11,482 nt of DNA. Origin: Nitrososphaeraceae archaeon. GTDB lineage: Archaea > Thermoproteota > Nitrososphaeria > Nitrososphaerales > Nitrososphaeraceae. The stretch lies in NCBI GenBank assembly GCA_035297365.1, contig DATGZA010000072.1:1-11482 (forward strand), in the 5' to 3' direction. Below the pieces are notes generated by a model. That model searched no databases, was not told the origin of the DNA, and saw nothing but the letters and a program-made list of their open reading frames with translations. The position numbers were made by a program, and so were the translations under genes. Of the stretch, positions 1 through 7,133 are shown one piece after another (positions within the stretch are counted from its first letter, which is position 1; the number at the start of each line of letters is the position of its first letter).

Positions 1-274
1 GAACGGTTTTTTCTTGATATTCAGCAATACGTTGTGTGTATGTTGGAATTTCTCGCGTAGCTTCATCAGTGGTTCTCTTTATATTATGTAAGGTGTTGTC
101 GAGTGTCTTGCTTATTATATCTTGTTGTTGATTTAAGGTGTTATTGTAGTCTCTATTTGCTCTTTCATTGAAATTACTGTGGTCTTTGTTAAATTTAGTT
201 GTATTTCTTTCATTAAATTCTGGTTCGTTTACAGCTATATTTTCATTTCGTTTTATTTCTTCTTTTGTTGTCAT
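1..274 (-). CDS. Hypothetical helical protein, runs off the left window edge (N-terminal 91 aa visible)
   Basis: Manual translation from ATG at 274 is open to position 1: MTTKEEIKRNENIAVNEPEFNERNTTKFNKDHSNFNERANRDYNNTLNQQQDIISKTLDNTLHNIKRTTDEATREIPTYTQRIAEYQEKTV. A TATA box lies 23-30 nt upstream. Absent from the ORF track because the stop is outside the window. Confidence 0.85.
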   Translation of the reverse strand, partial: MTTKEEIKRNENIAVNEPEFNERNTTKFNKDHSNFNERANRDYNNTLNQQQDIISKTLDNTLHNIKRTTDEATREIPTYTQRIAEYQEKTV

Positions 275-292
275 AACTATATATACGTTACT

Positions 293-304
293 AAGCTATA
301 TAAA
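293..304 (-). promoter_or_regulatory. Archaeal TATA box (TTTATATA followed by GCTT) for the 1..274 gene
   Basis: Minus strand reads TTTATATAGCTT. The TATA sits at 297-304, the spacing expected for a near-leaderless transcript. Confidence 0.6.
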
Positions 305-644
305 CGTATGTAATGTTGTCCAGTGAATAGTCATATTTATGTTTGTATGATGTATTTATTTGTATAATTGAAGGTAATATATTTACAGTTACATGGATTC
401 ATCAATATTTTCTTCCAAAGCCATTTCATTAGATATTATTACTATCATTTAGATACGCCAAGAAGTCAGTATTAGGGTCAGAATCACTTTAGGGAAAGAA
501 GGACACAGGATAGATAAAAAAAGAAGCAGATGAACCCTAGAAAAGTACTTGCTTTTCGGGCTGCAAGGAATTTTTGCACCGATTTTTAGGATAGATAAAT
601 TGGCTCACCATTTTTCCCCCAACCAGTTTCCATTAATTGCAGAT

Positions 645-1010
645 TTATTTTTTTGCTTCCCATTTCTCACACCATCTACTAAGACTTTGCAAAATTGCTT
701 CAAGATCTTTTGCTTTTGTTGTTAATCTATATTCAACTTTAAGCGGTATTTCTGGATAAATTTTTTTAGTAATTAGGCCCTCTCGTTCTAGTTCGGATAA
801 TCTATCAGATAAAACAGTGTTGCTAATATCTTTCAAACTTCTTTTTAACTCATTGAATCGAATAACATTTTTAGTACTTACGTTCTTTAATATTAGTAAT
901 GACCATCTTCTGCTTAACACATCCCAAATATTTAGTATTTTACATTTTTCTTCTAAAATTTTAGTTTCATGTTTAGAATTTAAAGATACACTATCAGACA
1001 CTTTCACCAT
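645..1010 (-). CDS. HxlR/DUF24-family winged-helix transcriptional regulator
   Basis: Family motifs C..L....VLSRRWSLLIL, RFNELKRSL.DIS..VLSDRL.ELE.EGLI.K..YPEIP.KVEY.LT; 121 aa. Confidence 0.93.
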   Translation of the reverse strand: MVKVSDSVSLNSKHETKILEEKCKILNIWDVLSRRWSLLILKNVSTKNVIRFNELKRSLKDISNTVLSDRLSELEREGLITKKIYPEIPLKVEYRLTTKAKDLEAILQSLSRWCEKWEAKK

Positions 1011-1115
1011 ATTATAGCAGGTTATATTAAACTACCAAGTAATAAAGATTTAAGCTATTATAATCAACAAATTCTTATCTATGACTATATTCAAAAAAGT
1101 AACAAATTTTTAATT

Positions 1116-1728
1116 TTAACTTTTGAATAACCAAGATTTTAATAATTTTGTTAAAAGAGGCATATCACATAAGTCATTAGCAGAATTGTTATCGTAATAG
1201 CAATAACAAGTCTTATTGGAAATGGTATTCATAACAATTCTGTTAAAATATTTATTTGAGGAACCAAAGTCAACAGGAGAATTGATATTACAGGAATAGT
1301 AACAATTACCATTTTGTAACGTGGTGGAGGTTTTATAGGAATCATAGGTGAAGTTTCATCTTTAAAATACCGAATAAACCAAAATTTTAACCCTGTCAAT
1401 TTTTGTACATCAGGATCGGTTTCTACTAGTTTCCTGCCAGTTTGTAACCATTCATTTCTTACTGGTGATTTCTTCCATTTTGTAAGATTATCATAATTAT
1501 TAAACCTCAATATGACAACATATTCAAGTTTAGATTTATTATTATTAGTTGGCCTAATTATATCAATACCCATACTACCCTCTGTCTAGAGACTTCCTTA
1601 GAAATTCCTGAAAGCCATTGTTCAAATTCTCTAATTTTATCTTTTTTAGCTATGCGTTTAACAATCACAGTAACTGGGTTTGAATGCCTGTCCGGATTGT
1701 CATCATCATTAATATCGTTCTTTGCCAT
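1116..1728 (-). pseudogene. Disrupted antibiotic-biosynthesis-monooxygenase (ABM) domain protein with two C-terminal TM helices
   Basis: ORFs 1558..1788 and 1229..1573 join into one protein (PVTVIVKR...EFEQWLSGIS...SRQ/EGSMGIDIIRP...EYVVILRF...LTGLKFWF...PPRYKM) with one base missing near 1582. Reading continues past the TGA at 1229-1231 (IPFPIRLVIAITITILLMTYV) and, after a second 1-nt loss near 1164, gives MPLLTKLLKSWLFKS-stop at 1116-1118. Likely start is ATG 1728. Confidence 0.85.
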
Positions 1729-1888
1729 CTTTTTATTTTTAAAGCTGGTCGAAAAATAAATAGTCTTTCGTGTACAATAAATCCTCAAAAGAAAATGATA
1801 TTATTAATTTTGTGAAATAAAGATTATGGTAAAAAGGTAATATCAAATTTTTTTGTTGTTTGCGTTCCGAAGGAAATTGAGAAGATAT

Positions 1889-2842
1889 TTAACCTAATTT
1901 TCCATTTCTATAATCTTCTATGGCTTGATAGATTTCTTGTTGAGTATTCATCACAAACGGTCCATACCTTGCTATTGGTTCTCTTAAAGGAATTCCTCCA
2001 ATTAGCAATAATTCAAGTGGCATTTGTGAATCATCAATAGCTTGGATATATGCTGCTTTACCGTCTTTTTCAAATATTATCAAGTTACCTTTTTCAACCA
2101 TTTTATTATTATTCTGTTCAAACGCTCCTTTTCCTTTAATTACATAAGCAAAGACATTGTAGTTTTCTGGAACTGGCTGTATTATTCTGGAACCAGGTTC
2201 TAATTTAAAATGCAAATACATAATTGGAGTTATTGTATGAATTACTGCTTTTGCACCTAAGGATTCACCTGCTATAACTTTAACAGTAACATTACCATTT
2301 TCTGTAGTTCCCATTGGAATTTTTGATTGAGACATTTCTTGGTACCTTGGTTTCATCATTTTATTACGTTTAGGAAGGTTAACCCATAATTGAAAACCAT
2401 GTAATCTTCCCCCATTTTTACTAAATTCTTTTTCAGGCATCTCTGAATGAATAACTCCAGAACCAGCAGTCATCCATTGTACATCTCCGGCACTAATAGT
2501 TCCAATATGACCTTGTGAATCTTTATGTTCAAATTTTCCCTCTAGCAAGTAGGTAACAGTTTCAAATCCTCTATGTGGATGATTGGGAAATCCTTTTTGC
2601 TTTCCTGGTTTTATATCTGTAGGACCTATCTCATCTAATAGCAGAAATGGATCAAATTCTGAAATGAAGCTATTTGGAAAGGATCTTTTTAATGTTACAC
2701 CTTCGCCATCTTGAGTTGTTTCACTCTTTATTATTTGTAAGACTGAACGAATGGATTTGTTATTGACAGAATAATCGGAATCTAATGTAACTGCTTGATG
2801 TTTCATATCTTTTATTATATTTTGATTGTTGATTTTTGACAT
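1889..2842 (-). CDS. Pirin family protein (Fe-dependent bicupin, quercetinase-like)
   Basis: DPFLLLDE, GFP.HPHRGFETVTY, GDVQWMTAGSGVIHSEMP, GFQLWVNLP, EPIARYGPFVMNT..EI.QAI.DY..G motifs; His/His/His/Glu metal ligands intact. Confidence 0.96.
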   Translation of the reverse strand: MSKINNQNIIKDMKHQAVTLDSDYSVNNKSIRSVLQIIKSETTQDGEGVTLKRSFPNSFISEFDPFLLLDEIGPTDIKPGKQKGFPNHPHRGFETVTYLLEGKFEHKDSQGHIGTISAGDVQWMTAGSGVIHSEMPEKEFSKNGGRLHGFQLWVNLPKRNKMMKPRYQEMSQSKIPMGTTENGNVTVKVIAGESLGAKAVIHTITPIMYLHFKLEPGSRIIQPVPENYNVFAYVIKGKGAFEQNNNKMVEKGNLIIFEKDGKAAYIQAIDDSQMPLELLLIGGIPLREPIARYGPFVMNTQQEIYQAIEDYRNGKLG

Positions 2843-2859
2843 ACTATAATATACAATTC

Positions 2860-2871
2860 AAGCTATTTAAG
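2860..2871 (-). promoter_or_regulatory. TATA box of pirin gene (CTTAAATA followed by GCTT)
   Basis: Minus strand reads CTTAAATAGCTT; TATA is 22-29 nt upstream of ATG 2842. Confidence 0.55.
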
Positions 2872-2876
2872 TTAAG

Positions 2877-2965
2877 TAGTAATTTAATACTAAGTAGGTA
2901 TTTAAAATCTTACTTGAAATGATATAATTATTGGAACTAGTCAAAAATAGATACATAGTATACTA
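2877..2965. promoter_or_regulatory. Cluster of AGTA/TACT palindromes between divergent promoters (candidate operator region)
   Basis: TAGTA-N6-TACTA at 2877-2892, AAGTA-N14-TACTT at 2892-2915, perfect TAGTATACTA at 2956-2965. Confidence 0.4.
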
Positions 2966-2971
2966 CCATTA

Positions 2972-2979
2972 TTTAAATA
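2972..2979 (+). promoter_or_regulatory. TATA box (TTTAAATA) for the UBP zinc-finger gene
   Basis: Consensus archaeal TATA 20-27 nt upstream of ATG 2999. Confidence 0.5.
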
Positions 2980-2998
2980 AATCAAATATGTATAGTAA

Positions 2999-3268
2999 AT
3001 GTGGATAATTAATAGATGTTCCCACGTTAATCAAGTTAATGATAATATAAAGGGAAATACCACGGGGTATAAAGGATTTGAAAAAATTGGTTCAGACTGG
3101 GTCCATTTGCGTCTTTGTTTTTGATGGATAGATGTTGGTTGTTGTGATTCTTCAGTCAATAAACACGGTACAAAACACTTTCAAGAAACGACTCATACTG
3201 CTATAAAATCATACGAACCTGGTGAAAATTGGAAATGGTGTTATGAAGACAAGATCTTTATGAAATAA
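2999..3268 (+). pseudogene. Stand-alone UBP-type zinc finger (zf-UBP) protein with in-frame stop
   Basis: Manual translation MWIINRCSHVNQVNDNIKGNTTGYKGFEKIGSDWVHLRLCF*WIDVGCCDSSVNKHGTKHFQETTHTAIKSYEPGENWKWCYEDKIFMK*. WVHLRLC, VGCCDSS.NKH..KHF and S.EPGE.W.WCY.D are hallmark prokaryotic zf-UBP motifs. TGA at 3122-3124. Confidence 0.88.
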
Positions 3269-3339
3269 AATTAGTGATTTAGGGTTGAGCAATAACCAAT
3301 TCTACTTTCAAGATAATAGAAGAAATAATAATTAAAAAA

Positions 3340-3946
3340 CTGTGCTAATTTAAGATAAATTAACACCTCTTTCTTACAACCAATGTATCGTTATATAGAG
3401 AGCCAAAGAATTGTAGCCACTTGATTTACATGAAATAAATTGCATTCATTTTCTTTTTATATACATCTATAATACACATCAAATCATTCCATTCTATCTT
3501 TGAAATACTTCATAATCCTTTCAATCATCTTCTTTTCCAGTCTGGAATACAGCGATGTTTCAATCTCATCGTCTTGCAGGCCTCCGGCTACAAAATACCA
3601 TCAGTTGAATATACTGTACGCTTACCATATTTTTCCGCCAAATATCAAAACATAGAAGTACAAGTGTATTTCTGTACTGATATATGAGTTCCAAGCCTGT
3701 TTTGTGTATTGGCTCGATACAAACCTGTAACCAGTAATGTTTGCTTCCAATCTGTATGATTGTCTCATCTATTATGAAAGCAGAAACAAGTTTATGCCCG
3801 TACAAATTATACTGTGCAAATTTTTGTAATTGCTTCCACACAGACGTAACTTCTTTTCTCGTCTTTAAAGATGAATAATGTCTTACTAGTATTTCTAAAA
3901 AACTCAATCCCAAAATATATAGATATCCGAAAAATACTAAGATCAT
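3340..3946 (-). mobile_element. Degraded IS6-family (DDE) transposase remnant with probable right end
   Basis: Across shifting frames: YLYILGLS/FRNTSKTLFIFKDEKRSYV/SAFIIDETIIQIGSKHYWL.VCIEPIHK/LAEKYGKRTVYSTDG..*PEACKTMRLKHR/LEKKMIERIMKYFKDRME*FDVYY.C/ECNLFHV/WLQFF. Multiple stops and frameshifts; end-like motif CTGTGCTAATTTAAG at 3340-3354. The ORF track entry 3566..3946 is a frame mosaic of this remnant. Confidence 0.85.
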
Positions 3947-3950
3947 TACA

Positions 3951-4490
3951 ATGAGAATTTCATCACAAATGGAAAAAGCAATTAATGATCAAATTTCTTA
4001 TGAAGCATCAGCTACCAATGCATATGTTGCTATTGGATCTTGGTGTGAAAGAACTGGATATGATGGAAGCGCAGCATTCTTTTTCGAACAAGCCAATGAA
4101 GAAAATACACACATGCTAAAGTTCATTCATTATCTTAACAATACTGGAGCCGAAGCGATAATTCCAGCGATAGAAAAGCCTCAAGGTAAATTTGATTCAC
4201 TAGAATCTACTTTCCAAGCTGGTATAAAGAGTGAACAAACTGTTACAAAGCTAATTAACAATTTAGTAGAAATTGCTGAAAATGAAAAAGACCGTGCTAC
4301 ATACTCGTTCTTGCAATGGTTTGTAAGTGAACAAGTAGAAGAAGAGACTTTATTTCAAGCAATTCTTCAAAAGTTCGAGATAATAGGAAGAGACAAACTA
4401 GCAGTATATCAAATTGATCAATCCGTGGCCTCGATTAGATCTCAGATTATGACTAAACAAGCAGGTCAAGAACAACCTTCAGTCAACTAG
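3951..4490 (+). CDS. ftnA: Non-heme ferritin
   Basis: AINDQI..E..A...Y, FF.EQA.EE..HM.KF..YL, G..SEQ.VT..IN.LVE.A..EKD.ATY.FLQWFV.EQVEEE ferroxidase-centre motifs; 179 aa. Confidence 0.93.
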   Translation: MRISSQMEKAINDQISYEASATNAYVAIGSWCERTGYDGSAAFFFEQANEENTHMLKFIHYLNNTGAEAIIPAIEKPQGKFDSLESTFQAGIKSEQTVTKLINNLVEIAENEKDRATYSFLQWFVSEQVEEETLFQAILQKFEIIGRDKLAVYQIDQSVASIRSQIMTKQAGQEQPSVN

Positions 4491-5073
4491 GTTCACAACC
4501 TATACGATGGAATTTATCATTCTCTAACCTTCAATAATACCTCTAACCCAAATGAATAGTTCGAATAATTTCTACATTATTAAGTGACTTACTATTATAT
4601 TTACAAATACACAGCTTTTCAAAAACAAATTCTCTCAAATTTTTTGTATGTTTCGAACACATTAAAAAGTTCATCGTCTATTATGGAATCACAAGAATCA
4701 AAATAACGAAACGTACACCAAACTGCTTTAAATTTAGGCTGAAAGTCATATTATTTCAAAATATTTTTTATCCATTTTCATGTTTTTTCTTTTGATTCAC
4801 CTTTCTTTTCTTTGGAGTGAATCCAATTATAGAACTAATATCACAATGAAATCACTGGTTTGTGAAACAAATTTGACCTAAAAAATGGATTTGATTTTTA
4901 CCAAGGCTAGATATTCGAAAGACTTGATACATTGATTGTAATAAATAAAATCCAAATAAAGTTTTTATCGCTCAATTAATATTGAAAAGCTTTTTGAACT
5001 AATAACAAATTAAAAATACAATTTTTCTATAATAATCAAAAAAGATATGATAATTTAAGTTTATAATATTGAA

Positions 5074-5096
5074 ATTTAACAAACTATTTGTTAAAT
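5074..5096. promoter_or_regulatory. Perfect inverted repeat upstream of MFS gene (candidate operator)
   Basis: ATTTAACAAA-CTA-TTTGTTAAAT, 10-bp arms, ends 61 nt before the TTG at 5158. Confidence 0.45.
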
Positions 5097-5157
5097 ATAA
5101 TATTTTAATATTCCAAACATAGATATACAAATAATGAATTACTTGAAAATTTGTTGA

Positions 5158-6690
5158 TTGGTTAACCCTGCCCCCTCCGATAATAAAAGAAATCGTTTAT
5201 GTCCTTCCTACAAATGGATAGCGTTAAGTAATACCACGCTTGGCACACTTATTGCATCGCTTGATGCGAATATTATCTTTATAGCATTACCTACTATTTC
5301 GTCAGAACTAGGTACCTCTCTATTTACTATGGTATGGATAATTATTGGATATTCTGTTGTTACCGCATCTATTCTCTTGAATTTTGGTCGTCTTGCAGAT
5401 ATTTTTGGCAGAGTAAAGCTTTACACTTTAGGATTTATCATATTTACATTTGGCTCAGCATTATGTAGTATATCTCAGTCAGGAGAAGAATTAGTAGTTT
5501 TTAGAATTGTTCAAGCTGTAGGTGCTGCTTTTCTTTTTTCAAATAGTGTAGCTATACTTACTGATTCATTTCCATCAAATGAAAGAGGAAAAGCATTAGG
5601 TATAAATCAAATTGCAATTGTGTTAGGTTCAATACTGGGTTTGGTTTTAGGTGGCTTTTTAACTTCATACTTAGGCTGGAGATCCATTTTTTGGATAAAT
5701 ATTCCAATAGGAATAATTGGAGTTGTCTTGTCCTACAAATATCTAAAAGAACTAGGGTCAATAAGAAAAGAGAAAATAGATTGGCTTGGAAATATCTCAT
5801 TTGCAGGAGGATTATTTTTTATATTAGCAGGAATGACATTAAGCTCATTTGGTATCATATCTAACATTTTGATAATATTTTTACTCATTTTTGGTGGGTT
5901 ATCTCTTATCATAATATTTGCCTTTATAGAGAAATTTATTTCCAAGCAATATCCTATGATTCACTTTTCACTATTTAAAATTAAATCATTCTTGGGAGGC
6001 AATATCGCCATTCTTCTCAATTCAATAGCAAGAGGTAATTTCATCTTTCTGATATCAATTTATCTGCAAGGAGTATTTATGAATTTGAGTCCTGTTGAAA
6101 CTGGAATCTATCTGATTCCGGTCTCTGCTGCTTTAGCAATATTTGGACCTTTAAGTGGATGGTTATCTGATAGATACGGTTCTCGATTTTTTTCAGCACT
6201 TGGCTTATTCATAACTGGCATCGGGTTTCTATCCCTTACTCAGTTACAAATAAAAACCAATTTTGTCGAATTACTATTACCTTTTATTTTACTTGGAGCA
6301 GGAATGGGTATATTTACATCACCCAATAGAGCATCAATAATGAATAGTGTGCCTCCAAGTAGGAGAGGGGTATCAGGAAGTACAGGTACTACTTTATTTT
6401 ATGTAGGCAGATCGTTGAGTGTAGGAATCTCATTTTTAATAATGACAAGTATCCTGCAACCAGAATATGTAAAAGATATAATAATAGATTTTAGAAATAT
6501 TGATACAACAATAGCCACTAGTACTGTTAATACTTCCAACGAAACTCTAAACTTTGCGATATCTAATAATAATGAAACAATTGCAAATAAATTAATGTCT
6601 TCACTTCATATAATATTTTTTGTATCTTCTATTTTGGTATTTATTGCCATAATACCTGCCATAATCAAAGAAAAACGTAATATAAAATAA
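5158..6690 (+). CDS. MFS transporter, DHA2 (EmrB/QacA-like) drug/metabolite exporter
   Basis: LD.NI..IALPTI, motif A GRLADIFGR.K and GWLSDRYGSR, RIVQAVG.A, ERGKALG, WRSIFWINIPIG, KIDWLG; about 14 hydrophobic segments; TTG start, exact start uncertain. Confidence 0.93.
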   Translation: MVNPAPSDNKRNRLCPSYKWIALSNTTLGTLIASLDANIIFIALPTISSELGTSLFTMVWIIIGYSVVTASILLNFGRLADIFGRVKLYTLGFIIFTFGSALCSISQSGEELVVFRIVQAVGAAFLFSNSVAILTDSFPSNERGKALGINQIAIVLGSILGLVLGGFLTSYLGWRSIFWINIPIGIIGVVLSYKYLKELGSIRKEKIDWLGNISFAGGLFFILAGMTLSSFGIISNILIIFLLIFGGLSLIIIFAFIEKFISKQYPMIHFSLFKIKSFLGGNIAILLNSIARGNFIFLISIYLQGVFMNLSPVETGIYLIPVSAALAIFGPLSGWLSDRYGSRFFSALGLFITGIGFLSLTQLQIKTNFVELLLPFILLGAGMGIFTSPNRASIMNSVPPSRRGVSGSTGTTLFYVGRSLSVGISFLIMTSILQPEYVKDIIIDFRNIDTTIATSTVNTSNETLNFAISNNNETIANKLMSSLHIIFFVSSILVFIAIIPAIIKEKRNIK

Positions 6691-6791
6691 ATCCTAAAAA
6701 TATAATTCTATATTATTTTGATTTTATTTCATTTATCTAAGCAAAAAATCTTTTAAAAAATTGATGAAATATGAAAATTTAGGCTGTGTTA

Positions 6792-6813
6792 TGGGACCAG
6801 TGGGATATGAAAC
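6792..6813 (-). other. tRNA 3'-end-like fragment (possible att-site scar)
   Basis: Minus strand GTTTCATAT-CCCAC-TGGTCCC-A has the layout of a T-loop, 5-nt T-stem strand, 7-nt acceptor strand and discriminator, with 2 mismatches to GGTTCAAATC. No 5' half is present. Confidence 0.4.
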
Positions 6814-7102
6814 AAATTTGATCTAAATTTTGATGTGATGATAATTTTACAGATTTGAACCCTGCTAGCAGATATGGTCAATTATTTATGGATAATGTAA
6901 AATATTACAACATTAAATCATCTTTCATTCTTTTGATTTGTAAGATAGGCATAAGAAATAGTTAAAGACATCATATTTATTGAAAATTACTCGACATTTA
7001 AATCTATTGAGGTTGGTAATTTATGTTCATCTTCTCTCAAGTCTCCGAGTTATTTTCAGAAATTCTATGTTCTTTAACTTGACAGAATTACCTAACACAA
7101 TA

Positions 7103-7110
7103 TTTATAAT
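7103..7110 (+). promoter_or_regulatory. TATA box (TTTATAAT) for 7134..7742
   Basis: 24-31 nt upstream of ATG 7134. Confidence 0.55.
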
Positions 7111-7133
7111 TGATAGTTGGATACTAAACTCAA

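Noticed and set aside
817-1017. 66-aa plus-strand ORF
   Set aside because: Antisense shadow of hxlR with no recognisable motif
1729-1788. N-terminal extension MRIYC... of ORF 1558..1788
   Set aside because: Looks like promoter/UTR sequence; ATG 1728 fits the ABM domain better
3122-3124. Selenocysteine or read-through interpretation of the in-frame TGAs (also 1229-1231)
   Set aside because: The TGA aligns one position before the expected Cys, neighbouring ligands are also mutated, the ABM gene has frameshifts too, and this lineage is not known to encode Sec machinery
3566-3946. 126-aa ORF as a functional transposase or membrane protein
   Set aside because: It is a mosaic of frames from a decayed IS6 transposase; the later catalytic motifs lie in other frames with stops
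4619-4780. Minus-strand coding-like stretch DFQPKFKAVWCTFRYFDSCDSIIDDELFNVFETYKKFERICF
   Set aside because: No in-frame start before an upstream stop and no recognisable family
5558-5945. Two minus-strand ORFs (80 and 70 aa)
   Set aside because: Antisense shadows inside the MFS gene
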